Program-made: the position numbers and the translations under genes | NCBI GenBank assembly: GCA_042571725.1 | Contig: JBHPFN010000002.1 | Coordinates: 14,030-78,029, forward strand | Direction: 5' to 3' | DNA length: 64,000 bases | From: Candidatus Omnitrophota bacterium | Lineage (GTDB): Bacteria; Omnitrophota; Gorgyraeia; VGKH01; JBHPFN01 | Part shown: positions 7,812 to 16,752 of the stretch, piece by piece | Layout: every line of letters starts with the position of its first letter | How positions within the stretch are numbered: the stretch's first letter is position 1 | The notes under the pieces: model-generated | What the model was told of the DNA's origin: nothing | Seen by the model: only the letters and a program-made list of their open reading frames with translations | Databases searched by the model: none

Positions 7812-9506
7812 ATGTTAAAGCAAATTAGAAATATAATGATTCTTATGGTTGTCGTAATGCAGTTTAGTATTCTTTGTTGTGCCCAAAAGGACACAGCTAT
7901 AAGCGCAGAGAAGATTATGCAAAAAAGGCCCCGCGAAGATGGGCACTGCTTTGATTTTACACAAGTTGTGCCGAAAAATATTGTTAAGAGGATAAATGGC
8001 ATGTGGGGAAGGGCCTTTGAGAGTTCCGACATTGATTTTGTAATGCTGATTATTCCTTCGTTAGACAATAATTCCATTACAGAATACGCAGCAGAGTTAT
8101 TTACCAAGTGGGAAATCGGCAAAAGCACACAAGGTAAAAAAGGCATTCTTATACTTATTGCGATGCAGGAACAGAAGATCAAGATTGAGATTGGATATGA
8201 TTTGGAAGAGGTATACACCGATATGTATGTCGGACAGGTCGAGCGGGATATGCTCAAGGAGTTCTTAGAACAGGCTGATTGGGAAAGAGGTTTTTTTGGG
8301 ACGATTGAACATTTTATTGGAAGAATCTATTTAGCGGAAAAGAAAGGCATCATTGTTGATGAGATTGCTGCCGAGGACGATCAACTTAGGTATTATTCAC
8401 AAGGGGCAGGTGCAAAAAATGTATTTGATTTTGGCGCGGCTTTAAATAAGCCGATTCCAAAGGTTCCGGCGGAATTGCGCGCGTATTTTGGCGCTCAGCC
8501 CACCCCTGAGCTGGCGTTTCAACGTTACATGGAGAAAAATACAAAACTTATAGCTGATCATACACTTGATCTTTACACTGAAAGCTCGAAGGTGTTTTAT
8601 AGCAACTGGCGCACAAGCTCCGGTCAAATGCGCGGGGAAGCAGAATGGTTTGACGGAATTCCCTATGTGGTAAAACAGAAAGGAAAGTATGCGGTAGTTT
8701 TGTTTCCTTGCAATGGTGATGTTTGGGAATTCATGATGCACAACCCTTACTTTTTCTATCGAAGTGAAAAGGGCTGGCAGATTGATATTAACACTATGTC
8801 CCGATCGCTGATAATGGGTGCCCGTGGTGCCGATTGGCATTTCATGAGCAGGCTGCATCCGTATATGTTTGCTTTTGATGATTATGTTCTAACGAGGGAA
8901 CTTTATCTCCCTGATGAGGGCCAAAAGGCATTTTTGGGTTTGGGGTATAAGAGGAATATCAACAAACAGTATAATGCCTTTGAAATCTTTCCTGCCTACG
9001 AAGGACCCGCGAAGAAAGCAGGTGTTGAAAGCGGAGATATCTTACTTTCAATTGATGGTGAAAAGATTACAAAGCAGTTTCAAGACTGGGAGATGATGAA
9101 GCGCTATAACCCCGGGGATGTGGTAGTTGTGGAAGTTCTTCGCAATGGTAAGGGAAAAAACATAAAAGTACGATTGGACGAGGTACCTAAAAAGAAATAT
9201 CCTGAGGTAAAAAAAACGGGCGACGCCTGGTTTGGTTTTTATAGAGGATACTCGCAGCCGTATGAAAGAAAGATAACTGGACCCAGAACCACTGATTCTG
9301 TTCTTTATGTTGTTAAGGGAAGCCCTGCAGAGAAAGCGGGATTAAAGGAAAGGGACGTTATTTTTGATAAGGACAGCGATTTTATGTATGATGAAACTAT
9401 AAAGCCTGGCGATAAAGTCACCTTCGAGGTCCTGCGCGATCTGAAGAAACGCATAAAGATTACTATCACCGCCGGAAGCTATTCACCTGGGAAAGAGGGG
9501 ATTTAA
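7812..9506 (+). CDS. TPM-domain protein with the same middle domain as 2220-3893 and two C-terminal PDZ domains
   Basis: GGAGG RBS before the ATG at 7812, with a lipoprotein-like N-terminus (FSILCCAQ). TPM signature: ITEYAAELFTKWEIGKSTQGKKGILILIAMQEQKIKIEIGYDLEE. PDZ motifs: GPAKKAGVESGDILLSIDG and GSPAEKAGLKERDVI. Confidence 0.8.
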   Translation: MLKQIRNIMILMVVVMQFSILCCAQKDTAISAEKIMQKRPREDGHCFDFTQVVPKNIVKRINGMWGRAFESSDIDFVMLIIPSLDNNSITEYAAELFTKWEIGKSTQGKKGILILIAMQEQKIKIEIGYDLEEVYTDMYVGQVERDMLKEFLEQADWERGFFGTIEHFIGRIYLAEKKGIIVDEIAAEDDQLRYYSQGAGAKNVFDFGAALNKPIPKVPAELRAYFGAQPTPELAFQRYMEKNTKLIADHTLDLYTESSKVFYSNWRTSSGQMRGEAEWFDGIPYVVKQKGKYAVVLFPCNGDVWEFMMHNPYFFYRSEKGWQIDINTMSRSLIMGARGADWHFMSRLHPYMFAFDDYVLTRELYLPDEGQKAFLGLGYKRNINKQYNAFEIFPAYEGPAKKAGVESGDILLSIDGEKITKQFQDWEMMKRYNPGDVVVVEVLRNGKGKNIKVRLDEVPKKKYPEVKKTGDAWFGFYRGYSQPYERKITGPRTTDSVLYVVKGSPAEKAGLKERDVIFDKDSDFMYDETIKPGDKVTFEVLRDLKKRIKITITAGSYSPGKEGI

Positions 9507-9508
9507 TC

Positions 9509-11221
9509 ATGTGTTCCAAAAACAATAAAAGGGTTATAAAATTCGCAATTATAATCTTAGGGATTTATATAATGTTACCTCAGCAAGCTTATGCTTCAGG
9601 ATATCATCCGCCGTTTGATCAGGCTGTTAAAGAGGCTGAGCTGATTGTGTTAGGAGACGTTATCGAGGCCTGGGATCCGAAAGCAAAACAGGATTCGGAA
9701 AGGTTTGATTTTTCTGAGGGGAGAGCGTATCGCATGCGCGTCGAGAAGGTGTACAAGGGCGACGTAAAAGCAGGAGATGAAATAATCTTTTGGGATGCCC
9801 ATTATATGAGTACGGCAAGCTACCATGTCAGTGAGGGCAATAAAAATTTAACCTTCCTTGTTCCAGCCGAATTGTCGGAATTTGAAAAAAGGCATTTTCA
9901 ATTTGGAACTCCCGAACTTTATCGTCCCATCACAAACTGTAATCAGGAATATGATTTTGATATTGGAGAGTATCAAGGGTATCTTTATCTTCTGGATCTG
10001 ACGCTCATGAATCCCCCTGAAGATCTGCGTCCAACATATACTAAGATCTTAAGGGAAGAGAATAATCGATATGTTCTCAGGTATGTCTTTGAGCATTGGC
10101 CTGCAGAATTGACTCAGGAGGATATTCTGCTCTTTCGAGAAACCTTTAATAAACACTATCAAGACGCCTATGTCACGAATCCGGCCATTGAACGGCTTGC
10201 CCTTCAGGGAGAATTTTTCGATGATACAAACTTAAGACAGCTTCTTAAGGAAGGAAGTTCTTACCAGAGAATGGAACTTTTGGCAATGGTAGATGCTAAG
10301 AATATTAAATCAGTTGAAGATATTCTTTTTGATTGGATCATGGAAGAAGAAAGAAATCTTGGTGAGCAAGAGAGCATTGAGATTCTTGCCGATCTTTCTC
10401 CGGAGTATTTAAGAAAGCAGCTCAGCAACCGAAAAATACCTTTTTGGAAATTAATCCCTTGCCTGCAGGCGCTCGAGATTAACGGAAGCGATGTTGGAAA
10501 GGAAGATTTTAGTCCGGAAATCCTTGCGTTAGATCCATATACGATCAGCAATATCGGTGAGGTCTATAGCGGAAAGGATTTCCATGGAATTTGCGCCATG
10601 GATTATATTCAGGAGTTAGAGTCTGATTTCGATGTGATCTGGGGATATTCTAGAGAGCGCGAGAAATGGAAGACGGCACTTCCTTTATTTGAGCCACTTT
10701 TGAAAAAACCTGACAGCCCCATACGAAGATTAGTAGTTGCATTAATGAGGACATATGGCCTTACTGTAGTAAGAGAAGGGGATGGTTATGTTGTTGACCG
10801 TAGCAAAACATCAGCTTCTCCACCTGTTAGGCTAGAAATTGAAGCACCGAAAGAACCTTTTCAACTCGGCGATTCTTTAAAACAATTGAGAGTAAAAGAA
10901 ACTGCAATAGCGGATGGAGCGTGGTTTTCTTTCAATGGCAGTTTGAGTTGGGCAGTTCGGGAAGATGATGGAGGCACTGCTGGTGGCGGTGGTACATTCG
11001 GCATTTTCGAGAACGTTGATATTCCAAAAGATAAATTTGTTCAACTAGAAGAAGGACAGACATTCTATTCTTCAGATTCTCTCGGATGGAGTATGAGTCG
11101 GCCGGGAAGATATTATGCATCGGTTTCTAAAGTGTATCCGCACGACGGAGCAAGCGTAGGCCTCGATGCCTGGACAGGAACCGTATTTTCCAACACAGTA
11201 GAAATAGAAGTGGTGGAATGA
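9509..11221 (+). CDS. Large exported hypothetical protein
   Basis: 570-aa intact ORF starting 2 nt after the upstream stop. Signal-peptide-like N-terminus (FAIIILGIYIMLPQQAYA|SG). No family recognised. Confidence 0.7.
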   Translation: MCSKNNKRVIKFAIIILGIYIMLPQQAYASGYHPPFDQAVKEAELIVLGDVIEAWDPKAKQDSERFDFSEGRAYRMRVEKVYKGDVKAGDEIIFWDAHYMSTASYHVSEGNKNLTFLVPAELSEFEKRHFQFGTPELYRPITNCNQEYDFDIGEYQGYLYLLDLTLMNPPEDLRPTYTKILREENNRYVLRYVFEHWPAELTQEDILLFRETFNKHYQDAYVTNPAIERLALQGEFFDDTNLRQLLKEGSSYQRMELLAMVDAKNIKSVEDILFDWIMEEERNLGEQESIEILADLSPEYLRKQLSNRKIPFWKLIPCLQALEINGSDVGKEDFSPEILALDPYTISNIGEVYSGKDFHGICAMDYIQELESDFDVIWGYSREREKWKTALPLFEPLLKKPDSPIRRLVVALMRTYGLTVVREGDGYVVDRSKTSASPPVRLEIEAPKEPFQLGDSLKQLRVKETAIADGAWFSFNGSLSWAVREDDGGTAGGGGTFGIFENVDIPKDKFVQLEEGQTFYSSDSLGWSMSRPGRYYASVSKVYPHDGASVGLDAWTGTVFSNTVEIEVVE

Positions 11222-11329
11222 CAGTCGCTCGCACGCAGGCTTTATTAAACAGTATTGACAAAGCTATTGAAATATTCGGAGGGAAGATTTGATGTCAATC
11301 CTCTATAAAAATAAGATAAAGGGGGAGTG

Positions 11330-11562
11330 ACACCCAAATGTTCAATAGAATGGGTGTTGAATTTCTGCACCCAGCGCGTTAACTACACCCAGCGTGCTAA
11401 ATAGGAGGTCTTGTACTCACTGATATAAAATAGCTGAGTGCTATAGGGTGCTGCACCCACTAATGTAAGAAATCTGGGTGCTAGCTAATGCAAAGGAGGG
11501 TAGCACTCAGCTTGTTTAGCACTAGTGAGTGTAGCACCCTCCCAGATTAAAACAGGGGGTGC
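11330..11562 (+). repeat. Array of about 6 tandem hairpin modules (GCACYCA / 12-16 nt loop / TGRGTGC) in the leader of 11572-12075
   Basis: Read directly, e.g. acaccca-aatgttcaatagaa-tgggtgt and gcaccca-ctaatgtaagaaatc-tgggtgc. One further unit, gcaccc-tcccagattaaaaca-ggggtgc, lacks the WTGTAR loop motif but is counted among the ~6 units of this array. Confidence 0.8.
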
Positions 11563-11571
11563 AAAATTCTA

Positions 11572-12075
11572 ATGGAGAAGAGAAAGTTACTTAGGGTGAC
11601 AAAATTCATATTTCTATTTCTTATTTTTATTGCGTCCAGCGCGTATGCTCAAACTACACCCGAGGAACTAGCTGCCCATTTAGCAGAAGCTATTAAAACA
11701 AACGATATTGAGGCTTTTGAAGCTCTGGTTCATCCACAAAGCTTGGAGTATTTAAAAGAGCATGACTTGGAGCAATTTAATAGAATTATAAAATATGGCC
11801 TTCTTGGACAAACCATAGAAAAAGATTATGAGATTAAAGTTTCTGACACAGCTGAGGAGAAGGAATATAATCTTCAACTCAACAGGTTGGAAATTAGAGA
11901 TAAATTTTTTATCTTTCCAGTTAAACCAAAGTATTATTTAAAAATTAGAAGTGTAACTAGGGATGAAGCTTTAAAGCTTACTAGTAAACATACTGTCGCT
12001 CGCTATTATATCGGCGAAGAGGAAGGAAGATGGTATATAATCTTAACAACGGAATCAGGCACTTTAGAGGAGTAA
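11572..12075 (+). CDS. Small exported hypothetical protein
   Basis: Signal-peptide-like N-terminus (MEKRKLLRVTKFIFLFLIFIASSAYA|QT). It shares the aaaattcTAATGGAGAAGA start context with the gene at 6410. Confidence 0.7.
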   Translation: MEKRKLLRVTKFIFLFLIFIASSAYAQTTPEELAAHLAEAIKTNDIEAFEALVHPQSLEYLKEHDLEQFNRIIKYGLLGQTIEKDYEIKVSDTAEEKEYNLQLNRLEIRDKFFIFPVKPKYYLKIRSVTRDEALKLTSKHTVARYYIGEEEGRWYIILTTESGTLEE

Positions 12076-12103
12076 TATTTTGGGCGTCTTTAAACGAGAC
12101 AAT

Positions 12104-12265
12104 ACACCCAGCAATGTAAGCGAGCACTCAGCGTGTAGGATAGGGAGTGTTGCGCCCAGGATGTAAATTAGGGGGCACTAAGCGTTGCTCCGCCGAAGGC
12201 GGGGCTACACACAGCATTGTAAAACGAGGGTGTGTTGCACTCACTAATGTAAAATACCTGAGTGC
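12104..12265 (+). repeat. Array of about 6 hairpin modules, including one CCGCC-GAA-GGCGG module, in the leader of 12278-12763
   Basis: Read directly: gcactca-ctaatgtaaaatacc-tgagtgc, gcgccca-ggatgtaaatta-gggggc, acacaca-gcattgtaaaacga-gggtgtgt, ctccgcc-gaa-ggcgggg. Confidence 0.8.
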
Positions 12266-12277
12266 TAAGGAGGCGTG

Positions 12278-12763
12278 ATGGAGATTAAAATAATGAAGAA
12301 AAGGGATAAAGATTTTTGGATTAGTAAGCATAAAGAAAGAAAAAATATTGCACTTGGATTTCTTTTTAAAGATGAACACATAGCTTTTGAATTATCTTAT
12401 AAGCAATGGAACTTATTTTTAAGGCTTATTAAGCTAACTAAAAGCAAAAAAAATCTTCCTAAAGGTGAGGATGCATTTCAAGGTATTAATTTGGATACAG
12501 GTAAATTGATGTATTTCAGTTTGAAAGTGCAACAGCTTATTCTCAAAACAATTATGAAAGAAAGTAAGGGTAGAATACCTCAAAATAAAGCAAGCGTTTG
12601 GAACAAAAGATATGTGAAAGATATTAAGAATAATTTTATGGCTAAGGAAATGCACATAGTAAAAAATGATGTTGTGTTGACCATATCAAGAAAGAAATTC
12701 CGAAGACTTTGCGAATACTGCCTAAACCAAAAAAACTTTATTATTATATCAGAGATATATTGA
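12278..12763 (+). CDS. Lys-rich hypothetical protein with no signal peptide
   Basis: TAAGGAGG RBS before GTGATG (ATG at 12278). Intact ORF, no family recognised. Confidence 0.6.
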   Translation: MEIKIMKKRDKDFWISKHKERKNIALGFLFKDEHIAFELSYKQWNLFLRLIKLTKSKKNLPKGEDAFQGINLDTGKLMYFSLKVQQLILKTIMKESKGRIPQNKASVWNKRYVKDIKNNFMAKEMHIVKNDVVLTISRKKFRRLCEYCLNQKNFIIISEIY

Positions 12764-12950
12764 ATTTACCTCACCCACCCCAAAGTAAAGCCTGCCTGCC
12801 GCCTGCCTGTCGGCAGACAGGGCAGGCAGGGAGCAGTTCAGCGCCCATGAGCTTAAAGAATAGTGGGTGCAGCACGGAGCGGAGCGAGGTGACACCCAGC
12901 ATGGAAAAAATAGCGGGTGTTACGTTCAGAATGAAAGCGAGGGAACGTTA

Positions 12951-13361
12951 ATGGAGAAGAAATTGCGATATTACATTTTAAATCTTTTTGTCATTGCTTT
13001 ATTTTTTTCAAGTCTGGTTTATGCGGCTACTCCTCAAACAATATGCGCAGTAATCTTTGGCATTACTATTGGAGAGAAGGGAGAATTGTTGGATGTTAGA
13101 ATAAGCAAGGTTATTGATGCATCTTCCGGCTCGACTGATGCAATAGAAGTTGAGATCCCTGATACGTATTTTGCGAATGCAAAAGCAAAGATTGAAAACC
13201 ATGGATACGAACCTGCATTGGAAAACGGAAGACCCAAAGAGTTCTTTACCTACTTTTATTATGATGCTAATCGGCCGGATGTAGTCATAGATGATACAAA
13301 GCTAATAGAATCTAAAGTCGTCCCGATTCGAGGCAGCAATTTGAAAAAGGAAGAGAGATGA
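12951..13361 (+). CDS. Small exported hypothetical protein (weak TonB-C-like pattern)
   Basis: I prefer the internal ATG at 12951 (MEKKLRYYILNLFVIALFFSSLVYA|AT). The 5' extension in the track runs through the repeat mosaic. The TAATG stop/start context is as at 6410 and 11572. Confidence 0.65.
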   Translation: MEKKLRYYILNLFVIALFFSSLVYAATPQTICAVIFGITIGEKGELLDVRISKVIDASSGSTDAIEVEIPDTYFANAKAKIENHGYEPALENGRPKEFFTYFYYDANRPDVVIDDTKLIESKVVPIRGSNLKKEER

Positions 13362-14023
13362 AGCTAAAATATATTTTAATTTTTTTAACCATCGCTTTTA
13401 TTGTAAACACTGTGCTTTGTTTTTTCGTTCTTCCCGGGATAATGCCTGATTACTATAGGGCAGATTATGATTTTCCAGAAGATGATATTCGAAAAAGCAT
13501 TTCGGGGATTTTCTTTCCTGTCAAAGAAGCAAAGCTATATGAAGCTTCTGATGTATCTTTGGTTCAACCCATTGGAATATTGACTGAGCCAGTTACCTTT
13601 TCTGGTGACAGACATCAAGTAAATGACGTTCTGATGAGGATTGTTTTGGATGAAAAACACGATGCCTATGTATCCCGTTCCGATTTGCGATATTTACCAT
13701 CTGGTGACAAAACTAGTTCCCAATCAATAGACTTGGTCCTTAAAAACAGGCTTCCCGATGGAAAGTATTATTCTGAAGAAGCTAGGTGGAGCGCTAGATC
13801 CATTGAAGAGGGTATCTCAAGAGTAACCGTTGTGTATGATGATTTTACTGATTATACTTATAAATTTATCTATGATACTGACGGAGAAAAGATTTGGTCA
13901 GTCAAAAAGAGGGGTCCCTGGAGTTTTATAGAATACATATGGTTTTTGTATTTAATTATAACTAATGGGGGAATTGTTGTGTTGGCGGGTGTAGCAATTC
14001 ACTCTAGAAAGAAGTTCAAGTAA
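13358..14023 (+). CDS. Hypothetical membrane protein (N- and C-terminal TM helices)
   Basis: ATGA overlap with the upstream gene. Hydrophobic N-terminus and C-terminal WFLYLIITNGGIVVLAGVAI. Confidence 0.65.
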   Translation: MKLKYILIFLTIAFIVNTVLCFFVLPGIMPDYYRADYDFPEDDIRKSISGIFFPVKEAKLYEASDVSLVQPIGILTEPVTFSGDRHQVNDVLMRIVLDEKHDAYVSRSDLRYLPSGDKTSSQSIDLVLKNRLPDGKYYSEEARWSARSIEEGISRVTVVYDDFTDYTYKFIYDTDGEKIWSVKKRGPWSFIEYIWFLYLIITNGGIVVLAGVAIHSRKKFK

Positions 14024-14087
14024 AGCGCAATTTCAGAAGGAGAAACTTAATGTTTAACGTACGTAAAAATAAAGCTAAGGAGGAACA

Positions 14088-14285
14088 ATGGAATTCTTGG
14101 AATTGTTAGCAGGCTGGGCTAATTTTCTTTTCCCGTTGTTGCTGGTTGGTTTTCTTCTCTACTATATCGTATTTATAAGAAGAAAGCGCGAAAAAAGGTA
14201 TTATGAGGTGGTAGAACGAAGCCTCGCCCAGGGAAAAGAACAGGTAGAGGTTTTGAGAGAAATCAGAGATTTGCTTAAGAAATGA
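14088..14285 (+). CDS. 65-aa single-TM hypothetical protein
   Basis: AAGGAGG RBS 6 nt upstream. One TM helix followed by a charged tail. Confidence 0.55.
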   Translation: MEFLELLAGWANFLFPLLLVGFLLYYIVFIRRKREKRYYEVVERSLAQGKEQVEVLREIRDLLKK

Positions 14286-14340
14286 TCTTGCCCGCCTTAA
14301 AGTGAGGGCTTAGCCCGTTTCGCTTACGTGTTACGGGCTA

Positions 14341-14506
14341 GCACCGAGCGAAGCGAGGTGAGCAATGTAAAGAAGGGGGTGTGGAAATGACACCCATAAT
14401 GTATACGACGGGGTGCTGCACTCATATTGTCAGGTAGTAGTAAGTGCTGTGCTCCCTATTGTAAAATATAGGAGCGCTGTACCAAAAATGTAAACTAGGG
14501 GGTACT
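14341..14506 (+). repeat. Array of hairpin modules (1 GAGCGAAGCGA-loop module and about 4 GCACYCA-type modules) abutting the GTG start at 14507
   Basis: Read directly: caccgagcgaagcgaggtg; acaccca-taatgtatacgac-ggggtg; gcactca-tattgtcaggtagtag-taagtgc; gctcc-ctattgtaaaatat-aggagc; gtacc-aaaaatgtaaactag-ggggtac. Confidence 0.75.
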
Positions 14507-15382
14507 GTGAGAAAACTATTACTCGTTTTAGCGTTTTGTTTATTAGCTACTTCTGTGTTTGCTCAAACATCAGTTATTTCTGGCAGGGTTGAGCTTCCAG
14601 AGGTCGATAAAGAAGGGAATCTATTTATAAAGTTTTCACCTGCAGGTCAGTTTCTTTCCGCCCCTGAAAGCGAGCGCTATTTTACCGTGATAAAGAAAGA
14701 AGATATCACATCACACAAAGTACCATACAAAATCGAGGTTGTTCCTCCAGGTAAATATTGGGGGTTTTGCACCTGGGATATTGCTGAATTTTTCTGGGAG
14801 CCATCATGGGGAGAAGGCAATTGTCCTGCGTATGAAGGAGATTATACTGGAGGCACTCAAGAGTTGATTGTTATTCAAGAAGGAGAAACCTTAGAAAATA
14901 TTGATTTTGAGTGCAAGAATTATCTTGGACAGACTGAGAAAAGCGGTTATCAGGCTGCGTACAAAATCCTCGATATCCGATACGAGAAAAACACTGAGAA
15001 CAATGAGCCCAAGATTCTTGTTAGGATTAAAAACATTGATACAAAACCTATCGGCGAGATATGGATGGGTTGTTTTATCAATGGCGAAGAAACGTTTGAT
15101 TTCAGCGTTTTTGATCTCGAGGATTTACTAGAGCCAGGGGAGCAAAGAGAATTTGATATGACGTATTGCTACACCGATACGTATCTTTCGCATCGCTTTG
15201 ACGAAGAGACGCTGAGGCTGAAAGATGCCGGCCCCTCTGTGTATGAATTGGATATTAAATTGGTCTCCAACGACAACGATGAGGTTTTTGAAAAACACAT
15301 TACCGTAACCGATGTTAAGCCAAGGATGATAAAAGAAGTTCTTGAGAGCGGTATGAATTATTACGAAATTATTTGGGAGTAA
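14507..15382 (+). CDS. Exported hypothetical protein
   Basis: GTG start, signal peptide MRKLLLVLAFCLLATSVFA|QT, 291-aa intact ORF. Confidence 0.7.
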   Translation: MRKLLLVLAFCLLATSVFAQTSVISGRVELPEVDKEGNLFIKFSPAGQFLSAPESERYFTVIKKEDITSHKVPYKIEVVPPGKYWGFCTWDIAEFFWEPSWGEGNCPAYEGDYTGGTQELIVIQEGETLENIDFECKNYLGQTEKSGYQAAYKILDIRYEKNTENNEPKILVRIKNIDTKPIGEIWMGCFINGEETFDFSVFDLEDLLEPGEQREFDMTYCYTDTYLSHRFDEETLRLKDAGPSVYELDIKLVSNDNDEVFEKHITVTDVKPRMIKEVLESGMNYYEIIWE

Positions 15383-15492
15383 ATATCGACAATTCCAACA
15401 GCAATATAAGCGACACCCAGGATGTAAAATAGAGGGTGTTGCCCCGCCAAAACCTGCCTGACGGCAGTCAGGGGCGGGGCTAAGGAAAAGAG

Positions 15493-15924
15493 ATGAAAAA
15501 TAGACTGTTTTTATCAATAATGATAATCTTATTAATGCCTGGCTTTGCGCTTTCGGATGTTATCGTTGAAATTCCAATACAATCAGAAAATAAAGAGGAA
15601 ATTGGATTTGACTTTCATATATCAAGTTATACGTATGAATCTACTGTCGGGCTAACCATTTCCTTTCAACCAACTGAAAAATTGAAGACGCTTTCAGAAA
15701 TTAGAGTTGAAGCGAGAAGATTTAATCAATTACTCTTTAACATTCCTTTAAAGATAGAAAAGGAAGAGGATGGATCGTTAGTGGGTGAATTTTCTGTCAG
15801 GAGAAACCTATTAGAGGAGACTAAGATTATTTTGATATGCGGTGACCCACTTTATCAATATTCAATTAGTCTTAAAAGCCAAGTAACACCCGCCTTCTCT
15901 GAAGTAAAGGAGCGCCTAGAATGA
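15493..15924 (+). CDS. Small exported hypothetical protein
   Basis: Preceded by CCCCGCC...GGCGGGG-CTAAGGAAAAGAG-ATG. Signal-peptide-like N-terminus. Confidence 0.65.
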   Translation: MKNRLFLSIMIILLMPGFALSDVIVEIPIQSENKEEIGFDFHISSYTYESTVGLTISFQPTEKLKTLSEIRVEARRFNQLLFNIPLKIEKEEDGSLVGEFSVRRNLLEETKIILICGDPLYQYSISLKSQVTPAFSEVKERLE

Positions 15925-16307
15925 CAAAAAAGGAAATTGTAATTACTGCGGTTTCACTTTTTGTTATTGTGCTTTTGGCTGGCAACACGCTTTTTTTGAA
16001 TAAAATCCTTAATCAAGATGATAAGAAGGCATTAATTACCATTATGGAGAATTTGCAAATAGGCGATGAAAAGGAAAGGGTTGAGAATATCTTTAGTCGA
16101 CATAGAACAGATGCATTAGAATTAAAAAAGTCAGAAGATTATGAAGGCTGGGAAGAAAATCAGTGGCTTATACAAATGCCTGTGGAGTTCGGTGCCACAG
16201 ATTGGATTTTATGGATTGAATTTGTGGATGAAAAGGTTGCTTCCTTAAAGATCCGGCTTCACGACAGCAAGGATTTGAAGCCTAAAGGAACACCACCCGA
16301 TAAATAA
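15921..16307 (+). CDS. Small N-terminally anchored hypothetical protein
   Basis: ATGA overlap with the upstream gene, AAGGAG RBS, single N-terminal TM. Confidence 0.65.
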   Translation: MTKKEIVITAVSLFVIVLLAGNTLFLNKILNQDDKKALITIMENLQIGDEKERVENIFSRHRTDALELKKSEDYEGWEENQWLIQMPVEFGATDWILWIEFVDEKVASLKIRLHDSKDLKPKGTPPDK

Positions 16308-16329
16308 AATAACTTCAGGGAGGTAAGTG

Positions 16330-16659
16330 ATGAAAAAAATCTATTTATCTCTAATCATACTTGCATCACTCATATTTCTTTTCAATTTTTCAGTCTGCAT
16401 TGCTATTCCTCCGGAATATTCTGTTGCAATGAGATTAGAGCAGAATCAAGATAAATGGGATTTAGTAATAGATGACGATTTTTTATTTCCATTTTTAGCA
16501 TCCCGTGGTCCGAAGGAAGAATTAATAAAATTTATTAGCCAAAATAAAGACAATTATACACATTACAGAGAAACCGCGATGTTTACAATAACCGTAATAT
16601 TATTTAGCGTTATTGGTTATTGTAGAGAAAGGCGTTTTACCGCTATCAGCAAAAAGTAA
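16330..16659 (+). CDS. Small hypothetical membrane protein
   Basis: GGGAGG RBS 6 nt before the ATG at 16330. N-terminal signal/TM and a C-terminal TM. Confidence 0.6.
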   Translation: MKKIYLSLIILASLIFLFNFSVCIAIPPEYSVAMRLEQNQDKWDLVIDDDFLFPFLASRGPKEELIKFISQNKDNYTHYRETAMFTITVILFSVIGYCRERRFTAISKK

Positions 16660-16752
16660 AGGCTGAGTTTAAAGAACGCAGAAGGCAATAGTTTCCATTT
16701 TACTTTTGCGTTTTTATTTGAGATAATTAACAAAAGAGCGAGGTGAGGAAAG

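Noticed and set aside
12709-12951. 80-aa plus-strand ORF through the 12.78-12.95 kb repeat mosaic
   Set aside because: Its sequence is made of the hairpin and clamp modules (Pro/Ala/Gly-rich, read from GCCTGCC repeats). Only its last 16 codons are retained, as a possible uORF in finding 6335-12965.
11330-14506. The tandem hairpin arrays could be CRISPR arrays
   Set aside because: The units abut each other directly (…GGGTGCTGCACCC…) with no unique spacers of regular length. The repeats are short and degenerate, the arrays hold only 4-6 units, and no cas genes are present in the window.
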